This document shows positions 17,441 through 27,200 of a stretch of 35,618 nt of DNA, one piece after another (position 1 is the first letter of the stretch; each line of letters starts with the position of its first letter). This DNA comes from Thermodesulfobacteriota bacterium (GTDB lineage Bacteria; Desulfobacterota; Desulfobacteria; Desulfobacterales; SURF-7). The DNA lies in assembly GCA_049320885.1 (NCBI GenBank), contig JBMORA010000065.1:1-35618 (forward strand), written 5' to 3'. A model generated the notes under the pieces. It made no database searches. It was not told the DNA's origin and worked only from the letters and a program-made list of their open reading frames with translations. A program made the position numbers and the translations under genes.

Positions 17441-19411
17441 ATGGGCATCGCCGGAGATATCGTCATCATCGTGACCGCCGCCTTGATCGGCGGAATGATC
17501 GCGCAGATTTTCAGACAACCCCTGATTCTCGGCTATATCCTGGCCGGCGTTCTGGTGGGGCCGCATACCGGCGGGGTGACCGTTTCCGGGGTCCACGAGA
17601 TCGAAATGCTGGCGGAAATCGGCATCGCGCTGCTGCTCTTCGCCCTGGGGATCGAATTCTCCATATCGGAACTGAAACCGGTGCGTCACATCGCCCTGTT
17701 CGGGACCCCCATCCAGCTCCTGCTCACCATCGGGTTCGGTTACGGTATCGGCCTGGGGCTGGGCATGGAATGGACGGCGGCCCTCTGGTTCGGGGCCCTG
17801 ATTTCCATCTCCAGCACCATGGTGCTGCTGAAAACGCTGGAAAACCAGGGCTGGATGGGCACCCTGTCCAGCCGCGTCATGATCGGCATGCTGATTGTCC
17901 AGGATCTGGCGGTGGTTCCCATGATGATCATTCTGCCCCGGCTGGGGGATCCCCGGACCGGGCTGCCGGCCCTGGGCATGGCCGCCCTGAAGGCCGTCCT
18001 GTTCCTAACGCTTATGATCGTCATCGGCACGCGCATCATCCCCCGGATCTTGAAATCCGTGGCCACCTGGAATTCCCGGGAGCTGTTTCTTCTGACCACC
18101 ACCGCCATGGGTCTGGGAGTCGGCTACGGCACCTATCTCTTCGGTCTGTCCTTCGCCTTCGGCGCCTTCGTGGCCGGCATGGTCCTGAGCGAATCGGATT
18201 ACGGCTATCAGGCCTTGAGCGACATCGTGCCGCTCCGGGACCTATTCAGCCTGATGTTCTTCACCTCCGTGGGGATGCTGCTGGATCCGCTGTTCCTCGT
18301 GGCCAACTGGCAAACCATTCTGCTTCTGGTGTTCATCGTCATGACCGGCAAGGGCTTGATCTTCGCGTTGGTCAGCAAGCTCTTCCGCTACGGGAACATC
18401 ATCCCCCTGGCCACGGGGCTGGGACTTTCCCAGATCGGTGAATTTTCCTTTGTCCTGGGACGCATCGGCTTGAAAACGCAATCGATTTCGCCAGACTGCT
18501 ACGCCCTGATCCTGACCACCACGGTGATCACCATGCTGGCAACGCCCTTCGTATCCCGGCTGGCCGCCCCGCTCTATTCGCTCCGCAAGCGCCGGCGCCA
18601 CATCGTTCTCCAGACCATCAACATTCCGGAAACCGGCCTCCGGAATCACATCATCATCGCCGGCGGCGGCCGCGTCGGCCGAGGCGTCGCCGATGTCCTG
18701 AAACGCCTGGACATTCCCTTTGTCATCGTGGAACTGGACTCCAGGCGCTTTGAAAACATCAAATCCAGCGGGTTCCCGGTGATTTTCGGCGACGCCAGCC
18801 AGGAAATCATCCTGGAAGCGGCGGAAGTCGGCCGGGCGAAGCTCCTCCTGATCACCACGCCGGTGGCCATCATCGCCCGGGCCATCGCCACCCAGGTCCT
18901 GAAACTGAATCCCGGGATCAAGATCGTGGCCCGCGCCGAAGGCGTCTCGCAAATGCGGGAATTGCACGATCACGGCGTCTACCATGTGGTGCAGCCGGAA
19001 TTCGAAGCCGGCCTGGAGTTCACCCGCCAGGCCCTGTTGCATCTCAATTTTCCCATCGACCGCATCCAACAGTACACCGATGAGGTGCGCCGGGAATTGT
19101 ACCGTCCCCTGTTCGATACGGATAGTTCCTACCGGGTGCTCAGTCAGCTGCAGAACGCCTGCCTGCTGATCGAGCTGACCTGGGTGGCGCTGGATCACGC
19201 CAGCACCTTCACCGGCAAGACCATCGGTGAATCGCAAATCCGGACAAAAACCGGAGTGACCATCGTGGGCATTCTGCGCAGCGGCGCGATGCACCCGAAT
19301 CCGGATCCGGATTTCCTGCTGCGGGCGGACGACCTGGTGGGCGTGATGGGCACTACGGATCAGCTGACGGCCTTCCGGGAGCTGACGGAACAAGCCGGAC
19401 GGAAACAATGA
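17441..19411 (+). CDS. CPA2 cation:proton antiporter with TrkA-N and TrkA-C domains
   Basis: About 12 TM segments, [19 protein letters not shown] Rossmann (KTN) domain, C-terminal RCK-C. Confidence 0.92.
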   Translation: MGIAGDIVIIVTAALIGGMIAQIFRQPLILGYILAGVLVGPHTGGVTVSGVHEIEMLAEIGIALLLFALGIEFSISELKPVRHIALFGTPIQLLLTIGFGYGIGLGLGMEWTAALWFGALISISSTMVLLKTLENQGWMGTLSSRVMIGMLIVQDLAVVPMMIILPRLGDPRTGLPALGMAALKAVLFLTLMIVIGTRIIPRILKSVATWNSRELFLLTTTAMGLGVGYGTYLFGLSFAFGAFVAGMVLSESDYGYQALSDIVPLRDLFSLMFFTSVGMLLDPLFLVANWQTILLLVFIVMTGKGLIFALVSKLFRYGNIIPLATGLGLSQIGEFSFVLGRIGLKTQSISPDCYALILTTTVITMLATPFVSRLAAPLYSLRKRRRHIVLQTINIPETGLRNHIIIAGGGRVGRGVADVLKRLDIPFVIVELDSRRFENIKSSGFPVIFGDASQEIILEAAEVGRAKLLLITTPVAIIARAIATQVLKLNPGIKIVARAEGVSQMRELHDHGVYHVVQPEFEAGLEFTRQALLHLNFPIDRIQQYTDEVRRELYRPLFDTDSSYRVLSQLQNACLLIELTWVALDHASTFTGKTIGESQIRTKTGVTIVGILRSGAMHPNPDPDFLLRADDLVGVMGTTDQLTAFRELTEQAGRKQ

Positions 19412-20460
19412 CAGGCGATCGAAGAATGCGATTCTCATCGGGAAATCGAACGACGGTCAAGCGGCCGATTTATGGCGTCGCCCTCCTTTCGGAATATGTC
19501 AAAGGCCGGGGCGGCGGACCGGAACCACTGCTGGAGGGTTCCGGGATCCGCGCGGAGGACCTGAATGATCATGCCAAACTGATCACCGTCCAGCAGGAAC
19601 TGACGGTGATCAAAAACCTGGTCCGACTCCTGCCCGATCCCCGATTGGGTCTGGAGATCGCCCGGAACACCACCGTCAGCGCCAACGCGTATATCACCAT
19701 TCCGGCCATGTTCTGCGACACGTTCCTGGACGCCATCCGCCTGATGTTCGAATATATCGAACTCAGTCTGGCCAATTTCCGGTACACGTTGCTCGTTGAC
19801 GCCGGCAAGGCGGTCCTGCACATGAAAGAACTTTTTGATTTCGGCGAGTTCCGCAGAATAGTCTTCGAGCTGGAACTGGCGTCCGTCTACTCCATCGGCA
19901 CCAATATCCTGGGCGAACCGCTGGTTCTAAAAACCATCCACATCGCCTATCCGCCGCCCGCATATGCTTCTTTTTATCAAGAGTTGTTCCGCTGCCCCAT
20001 CGCATTCAACGCCCGGCGGCATGAAATCATTTTCGACAGCCGGTATTTATCCAGGCGGCTGCCCCAGGCCAACCCCCTGGTCAGGGACGCCTATGAAAAA
20101 GAATGCAAACGAGCCCACGCCCGTATCAGGGAACAGGGCGGCGTTCTGGAAAAAATCCGTCACGAACTCCTGATCCAGGGACGGGATGTCATCTCGTTTC
20201 AGAAGCTGGCGGGACGCCTGAACATGTCGCCCAGAACCCTGCGGCGGCATCTGGCGGCCGAAAATTCCTCCTACAAATCGCTGGTCAACGACTTCCTGAA
20301 AAGCAAGGCCCTTGGATTGCTGGAGAACACGGATTACAGCCTTGAAAAAATTGCGGAAGAACTGGGGTACAGCTCGGCCTCCAATTTCTGCCATGCCTTC
20401 AAGAGCTGGACGGGACATCCCCCTTCCTCTTACCGGAGAAAAAAACCGGACCCGGCATAG
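19408..20460 (+). CDS. AraC family transcriptional regulator (OruR-like, about 350 aa)
   Basis: C-terminal double HTH ([12 protein letters not shown]...[24 protein letters not shown]); ligand-binding N-domain with Y..LF.CPI.F. Confidence 0.92.
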   Translation: MTGDRRMRFSSGNRTTVKRPIYGVALLSEYVKGRGGGPEPLLEGSGIRAEDLNDHAKLITVQQELTVIKNLVRLLPDPRLGLEIARNTTVSANAYITIPAMFCDTFLDAIRLMFEYIELSLANFRYTLLVDAGKAVLHMKELFDFGEFRRIVFELELASVYSIGTNILGEPLVLKTIHIAYPPPAYASFYQELFRCPIAFNARRHEIIFDSRYLSRRLPQANPLVRDAYEKECKRAHARIREQGGVLEKIRHELLIQGRDVISFQKLAGRLNMSPRTLRRHLAAENSSYKSLVNDFLKSKALGLLENTDYSLEKIAEELGYSSASNFCHAFKSWTGHPPSSYRRKKPDPA

Positions 20461-20520
20461 ACACATCCGCCCGGATGGAAAGATCGACCCCGCGCGGGGC
20501 ATAACGGTCGGCCGGATTTC

Positions 20521-21300
20521 TCAGGTATCCATGAGATTTTTCGAGTTGAACAGAATGGCCTCGTATCGGGGGCAGAACTGGTAGGCCAGCGGGTTTTTGC
20601 TCAACCGCAGGTCGGCGAGCATATCGCATACCCCATGACCGCGCCCGATATCGATGCCCGCTTTCCCCCAGCCCGGGGCCTGGGCGAATTCCAGCTGGTT
20701 CATATAGAGATTGGCGCCCATGGGGTTGCCTCGAATGGTGGTGAATATCTTGGCATGCGTGCGCGGTCCCTTTTTGGTTTTCAGGATGCTCCCGTAAAAA
20801 GTCAACAGGCGATTACCCTGGGATGAGACCACGCACACACGCTTGCCGTCGGTTTCCGTGAACTCGATATCGGCCAGAAATTTGGGATATCCGGCCATCT
20901 CGACACCGCCTTTCCGGGCTCTCTCGGACGTGACGGGCAGCGACAGAATGACGATTTGCAGACGATTGCTCAGGAATTGCGCGGCCAGAGTGAGTCCCGT
21001 GATCTGTCGGCGGGGGTGGGAAACCAGAGCGGCCACCGAGAACTCGTTATAAGGGGCGATATCGGTATCCCGGTATTCGAATGCCGAAATCGCTATCAGG
21101 GAACGGCCGGGCAGAATCTCCAGCGGGGTCGCTCCGGGAAACGGCATCCAGGCCTTCACGCGCTGTGTGGGCGCCGTGTAGATACCGGTGAAGGCCGACG
21201 CATCATAGTAGAAAATCGGCAGGGTGACATCATACTCCCGGTGGTATGTCTGCACGATTCCGGAAAAAAAAGGGTTTGCCGGGTTGCGTTGAGCGTTCAT
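20521..21300 (-). CDS. Acetoacetate decarboxylase family protein
   Basis: LPIFYYD, AFEYRDTDIAPYNE, LPVTSE and GYPK (candidate Schiff-base Lys). Confidence 0.82.
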   Translation of the reverse strand: MNAQRNPANPFFSGIVQTYHREYDVTLPIFYYDASAFTGIYTAPTQRVKAWMPFPGATPLEILPGRSLIAISAFEYRDTDIAPYNEFSVAALVSHPRRQITGLTLAAQFLSNRLQIVILSLPVTSERARKGGVEMAGYPKFLADIEFTETDGKRVCVVSSQGNRLLTFYGSILKTKKGPRTHAKIFTTIRGNPMGANLYMNQLEFAQAPGWGKAGIDIGRGHGVCDMLADLRLSKNPLAYQFCPRYEAILFNSKNLMDT

Positions 21301-21337
21301 GTGTACTCCTTGTACGAACCTGCCTATCCCGCGGATA

Positions 21338-22456
21338 TCAGTTTAATTTACAGCAAGTTTTGACATAATGCAGCTTTTTCAGGTAGGACATCCCGAAAAG
21401 CGATTGTACTTGCTGGGCGTCACGATAGCGTTTTTCCTGACTGTAATCTTCCATGTAACCGTATCCGCCCAGGATCTGCACCCCGTCGGAGGTCACCTCG
21501 CAGGCATGCTCAAAAGCCGGTATGCTGGCCGCCAGGTTATCGTGGCGGGAATGGCTGCCGCCGCCGGAACTGACATGCTCGATGAGCAATTCCGCATTTC
21601 GGACCTTCAACGCCATGTCCGCCAGCAGAAGCTGGACTTCGCTCCAGGCCCCGATCTTCCTGCCTCCCTGGATGCGGACCCGGCTGTATTTCAATGCGTC
21701 GTTGAAGGAACCGCGCATGATTCCGGTGGCGATGGCGGCGCCGGCCGGAAGGAGCCTGCCGTACATGTTCCCGTAATAATTCGCCGCCTTTCCCCTTTCT
21801 CCGATCAGAATCCCCGGAGTTCCGTCGAAACCGATATCCACCACCGGGCAGGCGTGCAATCCCAGGTGGATCAAAGATTCCCCCGTCCGGACGGTCGGAT
21901 GGGTGGACGGCACCAGGAAATAGGAATACTCCGAATCACTGGCAATTCTTGCGGGAACGATCAGGCGTTGCGCCATGTTGCCCAGCGCCATGCCTTGGGC
22001 GATACCGCGCAGGCGGACCGTTCCGTCTGGTTCCAGCGCCGTGATTGCCGGAGGCGTCTCCATCGGATTGGCAAAGGCAGAAAACGAAATCAGCGCATCC
22101 CCAAGAGAAGCGCCGCGGGAATACCATTCGGCGATCCGTTGGTGTTCTCCCGCCTGAAGCAGGATTTCCTGGGACATGGCGTTGGTCAGTATGGCCACCG
22201 CCATGCTGGCATCGACTTCGGCGATATTCAACAGGATGGTACACAGATTACCGATATGACCGTCCAGACCGCCCATGCTTTCCGGCAGCCACAGATGGAA
22301 AAAATCCATGCCGAAGGCTGTTTCAAAAACCGACCGGTCCAGATCGGCATGGGGATAGCGGTCATTTTCCTCCCGGAGCTTGAGGAGCACTTTTTGGGCA
22401 AATTCCCGGGATGTTCCTTGGAGAAGTCTGGCTTCGGCACGCACTGTCTGTTTCAT
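21338..22456 (-). CDS. Acyl-CoA dehydrogenase family protein (degenerate, probably non-catalytic subunit)
   Basis: LPESMGG, LGLHACP, Y...RIQGGRKI and VQILGGYGYMEDY..EKRYRDA; lacks the TEP..GSD and IYEG motifs. Confidence 0.85.
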   Translation of the reverse strand: MKQTVRAEARLLQGTSREFAQKVLLKLREENDRYPHADLDRSVFETAFGMDFFHLWLPESMGGLDGHIGNLCTILLNIAEVDASMAVAILTNAMSQEILLQAGEHQRIAEWYSRGASLGDALISFSAFANPMETPPAITALEPDGTVRLRGIAQGMALGNMAQRLIVPARIASDSEYSYFLVPSTHPTVRTGESLIHLGLHACPVVDIGFDGTPGILIGERGKAANYYGNMYGRLLPAGAAIATGIMRGSFNDALKYSRVRIQGGRKIGAWSEVQLLLADMALKVRNAELLIEHVSSGGGSHSRHDNLAASIPAFEHACEVTSDGVQILGGYGYMEDYSQEKRYRDAQQVQSLFGMSYLKKLHYVKTCCKLN

Positions 22457-22467
22457 GGCTCCACCGC

Positions 22468-23976
22468 CTATTGGTCTTCAAACATGGTGATCTCATATCG
22501 GTTACGCCCGATGAGGTTCTTGAAGGCCTCCATCCGGTTAAGCTGATTGGTGCCCTCATAAATTTGCAGCAATTTGGCATCTCTGAAAAATTTTTCCACA
22601 TGGTTGGCCTGCCGTGAGCCGGCCTGGCCCATCAAGGCCATGCCGATGCGGCAATTGTCCATGGCCAGATCCGACCCCGTGAATTTGGCCATGGCTGCCC
22701 AGCCGGTGGTCCGCTCCAATTCCGCCCGCTTTTTCCAGTCGAATTGAATTTTCCGGATCATTTTCGGGAACAGGGCGTATTTCACCATGGGCGCCGACAG
22801 GGCCAGAGCGATCCGTGTGGGCAGATATCGGAAAAGATAATACAGGGGCTTGAATTGCAGCATCTTGTTCAGGCCGTACATGCCGTTGGCGAAATTGACC
22901 TCCGCATACAGCAACCGCGCCACGACCACATTCCGCAGCATATCCGCCAGCCGGCACTGGACCCATTCCAGATTCAGCATGAGACTGCCGTTGATTCTGG
23001 TGTCGGCGGCAAAGCGCAGCGTCGCTTCATAGACCCCGCGGGCGATCCCGGCGCCTAAGGCACAGACACCCGCTTTGGACGACGAACAAACGGAATCAAA
23101 GATGATCTGATAGATTTCCCGGTGGGAATGGAAGAGATTCCGGGTCTGCCGCCTGTCCACACACACGAAGTCATCGGCGACATAACAATCCCGCAGAATC
23201 AATTCGCTTGCCGGGCAGGCTTTCTGTCCCATTTTCCGCTCCTTTCTTCCCAGGGAAAACCCCTCGGCGTCCCGCCGGACGGCGAAAAACAGAAAGGTGT
23301 CCGACGGCCGGCCCGGATCCTCGTACCCCAGCACGATATGCCAGGTGGAAAAATGGCCGTTGGAAATGAAGACTTTGGTTCCGTTCACTCGGTAACCGTC
23401 GTTTTCCCGTACGGCCTGGCAGGCCACCCGCCCCTTGTCCACCAGATCCGCTTCCGATGTATCGGTGCCGGATTCCGGTTCCGTGATGGCAAAATCCAGC
23501 AGGCAAGGCTCGCCGGTTTTCTCCCCCCGGATGATGTCGGCGCTCAGCCGCCGGGTCAGGGCCAGATTCCAGGAGGCGATCAAAGTGGCGAACCCGAGAT
23601 AATGCGCGCCGATGAGGTTCGCCATGCCCACGCAGCAGGAACTGATTTCCTCCAGAAAATACGCCATGGAAGAGAAGGAATAGCCTTTACCACCGAACAT
23701 TTTGGGAATCCACAGGGTGTAGAACCCGTGGCGGCCGGCCTCCCGCACCCATTCCCAGGGGAGGTAATCCGGATCGGCCTGGATTTTTCTGTCCATGTCA
23801 AGGGTTTGAGGCCGGACCACGGATGCATTGAAGGCCCGGGCCAGCTTCACCACCTGTTTGACTTCCCGGGTGATCGCCCGGGGCTGGCGGGAAATGGCCG
23901 TCAGGTTGCAGTTCATATCGGCAAAGGAAAGGCCGGCTGGATCGGCATCGGTCCGGAGGAATGCGTTTTTCAACAT
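22468..23976 (-). CDS. Acyl-CoA dehydrogenase
   Basis: AITEPESGTD, VNGTKVFISNG, KMGQKA and EKFFRDAKLLQIYEGTNQ (catalytic Glu). Confidence 0.9.
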   Translation of the reverse strand: MLKNAFLRTDADPAGLSFADMNCNLTAISRQPRAITREVKQVVKLARAFNASVVRPQTLDMDRKIQADPDYLPWEWVREAGRHGFYTLWIPKMFGGKGYSFSSMAYFLEEISSCCVGMANLIGAHYLGFATLIASWNLALTRRLSADIIRGEKTGEPCLLDFAITEPESGTDTSEADLVDKGRVACQAVRENDGYRVNGTKVFISNGHFSTWHIVLGYEDPGRPSDTFLFFAVRRDAEGFSLGRKERKMGQKACPASELILRDCYVADDFVCVDRRQTRNLFHSHREIYQIIFDSVCSSSKAGVCALGAGIARGVYEATLRFAADTRINGSLMLNLEWVQCRLADMLRNVVVARLLYAEVNFANGMYGLNKMLQFKPLYYLFRYLPTRIALALSAPMVKYALFPKMIRKIQFDWKKRAELERTTGWAAMAKFTGSDLAMDNCRIGMALMGQAGSRQANHVEKFFRDAKLLQIYEGTNQLNRMEAFKNLIGRNRYEITMFEDQ

Positions 23977-23998
23977 ATTGGCACCTTGGGTTGATTGA

Positions 23999-24847
23999 TC
24001 AGAATCCCATCCGATTCAGTTGCAGCATGAATCGTTTCCCCCAGCTCGCCCGGGTTACCTTCGCCAGACAGGCGAAATAGAACGCCGGAAAAAGCCGCTT
24101 GAACAACCAGGCGGATTTCGCCGGTCCCTGGGGAATGATATACAGCCGGTTCTTTTTCATCGCCCTGACCGTGATCTCCGCCGCTTCCGCCGGGGTGATG
24201 CGGGCATTAGCGAAACCCGTGTTGGCGATGAGTCGCTGGAACTCATCCGTATACCGCATGTTGTTCAGCAGATTGGTCTTGATATGCGAGGGGCAGAGCA
24301 CGCTGACGCCGATATTGGCGGGTGCGAGTTCGCTCCTCAGGGTTTCGGAAAGCGAGATCACCGCGGCCTTGGAGGCGTTGTAGGGCCCCATTTCCGGAAT
24401 CGAAACGATACCGGCGATGGAGGCGACGTTCAGGATATGCCCCCTGCGCTGTTGTTTCATCCGGGGGATGAAGGCGTGGCAGCCGTGCAAAACCCCCCAG
24501 AAATTGATGGCCATGGTCCACTTCCAGTCCTCCATGGGTATCACCCCGGTAACTCCGGAGACGGCGACGCCGGCATTGTTGATCAGGACCTCCACCCGGC
24601 CCCATTTGCTGAAGCAGTGATCCGCCATTGTCTTGACGGCGTCACCATTCGACACATCACAAATATGGATCGCGCCGGAACCGCCCGCCTGTCGGACAAG
24701 CTCCAGGGTCTTCTCCAGGCCAGACTGGTTGATATCCGACAATACGAGATCGCCGCGCTCCCTGGCCAGGACAATGGCCAGCTCTCTTCCGATTCCGGAA
24801 GCCGCTCCGGTAATGACGGCGGTGCACTGATGAAACGATTTATTCAT
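23999..24847 (-). CDS. Classical short-chain dehydrogenase/reductase
   Basis: TGAASGIG, NNAG, VAS and YNASK catalytic motif. Confidence 0.93.
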   Translation of the reverse strand: MNKSFHQCTAVITGAASGIGRELAIVLARERGDLVLSDINQSGLEKTLELVRQAGGSGAIHICDVSNGDAVKTMADHCFSKWGRVEVLINNAGVAVSGVTGVIPMEDWKWTMAINFWGVLHGCHAFIPRMKQQRRGHILNVASIAGIVSIPEMGPYNASKAAVISLSETLRSELAPANIGVSVLCPSHIKTNLLNNMRYTDEFQRLIANTGFANARITPAEAAEITVRAMKKNRLYIIPQGPAKSAWLFKRLFPAFYFACLAKVTRASWGKRFMLQLNRMGF

Positions 24848-24897
24848 GGTACGATTCTCCTGGCCTTGTCGGGATGAGGTTTCTCAACCCGAAACCT

Positions 24898-24913
24898 TGC
24901 AGTGAAGATGCCA
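24898..24913 (-). promoter_or_regulatory. Possible sigma54 (-24/-12) promoter of the SDR-ACAD operon
   Basis: Minus strand TGGCAT-CTTCA-CTGCA with exact GG-N10-GC spacing, 50 bp upstream of the ATG. Confidence 0.35.
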
Positions 24914-25005
24914 TGCACGGTACACCGGGTGATCGGATGGCACAATATGCCGGAAGGACAAATGTATTATGAGTTGCGGTCACGGACGGTCAGGAGGGTG
25001 ACAAC

Positions 25006-25034
25006 GTGACAAATTTACGATCCAATCGTAAATT
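25006..25034 (+). promoter_or_regulatory. Sigma70-like promoter with embedded inverted-repeat operator
   Basis: GTGACA-17 bp-TAAATT; perfect inverted repeat AATTTACGAT-cca-ATCGTAAATT at 25012-25034. Confidence 0.6.
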
Positions 25035-25040
25035 AGCCTA

Positions 25041-25270
25041 ATGAAACCGCGCCTACTCACTTCCTATCTGCTCCGGGATGCCACCTATTATCCGGTGCTC
25101 ACCATCACCGGCCCGCGCCAGTCGGGTAAAACCACGTGGTGGCGGAAATCGCCAAGGCCTTTATGCACCACCGCCGCAAGCCCCCGCTGTCTTTCTGGCG
25201 GGATCGCACAGGTCATGAAGTGGATCTGGTGATCGAGAGGTGGGAGAACTTTATTTGGTTTTCCATATAA
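25041..25270 (+). pseudogene. Internally deleted AAA_14/DUF4143 ATPase remnant
   Basis: N-terminal YPVLTITGPRQSGKTT (Walker A) joined out of frame at about 25136 to the C-terminal-type segment VVAEIAK...FWRDRTGHEVDLVIE. Confidence 0.8.
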
Positions 25271-25389
25271 AACCGGAGCGTCCGGGGCAATCCGGTCCCA
25301 TCATGGTCATGCCGTTTCCGGCAGGCCACGGCTGCCGGCCAGCAGATGCTCCAGCTCCCGCAGCCCCTGCTCCATACCGTGACCGATTC

Positions 25390-25764
25390 TTATTTCTTCG
25401 GGAAAAACTTCACATTGCTTATGTTTTTAAAATCTGAATCCTGAGTCCAGATGATGGCGTTGAATTCCTGGGCCGTTGCGAGAATAATACTGTCGGCCAT
25501 TGGAAGATTGTATTCCATACTCAGTTTTGAAGCGGCCATCGCCGATGATGCCGTCAAATCCGCAACCGTTCCCTTGCGCATGGCCATGGCTGCTTGCAAG
25601 GCCTCGTTTTCGCTGGATTCTCGAAGAATTACCTTGCAAACCTCGTATATCGTTATCGTTGGGACAACAAGCGAAGCAGTATCATTCAATGGAACAAGAA
25701 AATGCTTGGCGCCGGGCTCATCGGCGAAATAGGCGAGCCAGCCGGATGAATCGACAATATTCAT
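25390..25764 (-). CDS. vapC: PIN-domain toxin
   Basis: IVDSSGW, TIYEV, MADSIILATA and TQDSDF acidic PIN residues; ATGA overlap with the antitoxin. Confidence 0.92.
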   Translation of the reverse strand: MNIVDSSGWLAYFADEPGAKHFLVPLNDTASLVVPTITIYEVCKVILRESSENEALQAAMAMRKGTVADLTASSAMAASKLSMEYNLPMADSIILATAQEFNAIIWTQDSDFKNISNVKFFPKK

Positions 25765-25967
25765 ACCCGATCTTTTTCTCGTTTGAATTCCGTATTGATG
25801 CCTTTAAGGAATCCACGAAGTTCTTTGATATCGCGTTCCGGGATAAGCTCGACACGTCCATCGTATTCTATTACCTGCATTTTTTGGCCTGGACGAAGGT
25901 GCAATGATTCTCTGACCGTTTTGGGTATGACGATTTGATATTTTGGTGATACGGTTACTGTTTGCAT
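25761..25967 (-). CDS. vapB: AbrB/MazE/SpoVT-type antitoxin
   Basis: VTVSPKYQIVIPK.VRE.L.LRPGQ AbrB signature; lies directly upstream of the PIN toxin. Confidence 0.9.
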   Translation of the reverse strand: MQTVTVSPKYQIVIPKTVRESLHLRPGQKMQVIEYDGRVELIPERDIKELRGFLKGINTEFKREKDRV

Positions 25968-25979
25968 GATATTGTTCCT

Positions 25980-26037
25980 ATCGATAAATTTTGTATTACG
26001 ATATCATGATCGATATGGATTTGTCAATTACATCGAT
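25980..26037 (-). promoter_or_regulatory. vapBC promoter/operator region
   Basis: TTGACA (26027-26022)-18 bp-TATCGT with extended TG; three ATCGAT palindromes and an ATATC-N6-GATAT inverted repeat overlap it. Confidence 0.5.
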
Positions 26038-26209
26038 TTCCTGGCAGTAATCCTCAGAGCACGGAAGTGCTGGATAATCCGTTTTTTCCGTTTTCCCGCC
26101 CGAGGCGAAACCGCTCCCCCGTTTTCCCCTTCGCGCCCCGGGCATGACCATCGCCATGTCCAATAATGCAAAATGGCCTGAGCAGGACCGGCAAGCCTGT
26201 CGGTTTCGA

Positions 26210-27139
26210 TCATGCCTTGTCGGCAAACAGATCCGTGCTGATGTACCGCTCTCCGGTACTCGCCAAAACCGCCACAATCCGCTTCCCCTGGTTCTCCGGC
26301 CGCTTGGCTAGCGTCAGGGCCGCCCAGACGGCCGCACCGGAGGAGATGCCGCACAGGATGCCTTCCACGCTGGCGAGCTTTCGCGCGGTCGCGAAAGCCT
26401 GGTCATTGGCAACGGTGACGATTTCATCCAAAATCTTCACGTTAAGCACGGCCGGGACGAAACCGGCACCAATGCCCTGGATCTTGTGGGGACCGGGACT
26501 GCCGCCGGACAGCACGGGCGAGGCTTCCGGTTCCACGGCCACCACTTTGACACTTGGCCTGCGAGCCTTCAACACCTCGCCGACACCGGTGATGGTGCCG
26601 CCTGTGCCCACGCCGGCCACGATTATATCCACCCCGCCCTCCGTATCCCGCCAGATTTCCTCCGCGGTGGTCCGGCGGTGAACTTCCGGATTGGCCGGAT
26701 TGGCAAACTGGTCCGGCATATAGGCATCGCCGGTTTCCGCCACGATCTCCCGAGCCCTGGCAATGGCGCCCTTCATCCCGTCCTTACCGGGGGTCAGCAC
26801 CAGCTGCGCCCCCAGATGCCGGAGCAGTTTCCGACGTTCCTGGCTCATGGTTTCCGGCATGGTCAGGATCAGGGGATATTGTTTCACGGCGCAGACAAAG
26901 GCCAGGGCGATTCCGGTGTTGCCGCTGGTGGGTTCGACAATGGTGGTTTTCGGGCCGATCCGGCCCTCCGCTTCGGCCGCCTCGATCATGGCCCGGCCGA
27001 TCCGGTCCTTGACGCTGCCCAGGGGATTTTGGAATTCAAGTTTGGCGTAAATCTCCGCACCGGCCCCTTCGGCGATGCGGTTCAGCCGGACAAGCGGGGT
27101 TGCACCGATAATCTGAGTAACGTCCGTATATGTTTTCAT
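26210..27139 (-). CDS. cysK: Cysteine synthase A
   Basis: [10 protein letters not shown] (PLP Lys), [30 protein letters not shown]. Confidence 0.96.
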   Translation of the reverse strand: MKTYTDVTQIIGATPLVRLNRIAEGAGAEIYAKLEFQNPLGSVKDRIGRAMIEAAEAEGRIGPKTTIVEPTSGNTGIALAFVCAVKQYPLILTMPETMSQERRKLLRHLGAQLVLTPGKDGMKGAIARAREIVAETGDAYMPDQFANPANPEVHRRTTAEEIWRDTEGGVDIIVAGVGTGGTITGVGEVLKARRPSVKVVAVEPEASPVLSGGSPGPHKIQGIGAGFVPAVLNVKILDEIVTVANDQAFATARKLASVEGILCGISSGAAVWAALTLAKRPENQGKRIVAVLASTGERYISTDLFADKA

Positions 27140-27200
27140 TCCCGATTCCTTTCCGCTATCCGGCCTTCAGCTTTTTAACGGACGGGCAGCTGAGGTATGG

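Noticed and set aside
20461..20520. Short hairpins between convergent AraC and the decarboxylase-like gene
   Set aside because: Stems are short and lack U-tracts, so a terminator or ncRNA call is not supported.
24938..24950. Plus-strand TGGCACAATATGC resembling a sigma54 site
   Set aside because: GG-to-GC spacing is 8 nt, not the required 10.
26075..26135. Repeated CCGTTTT(T/C)CC motifs between vapB and cysK
   Set aside because: Low-complexity and irregularly spaced; not a CRISPR array or iteron set.
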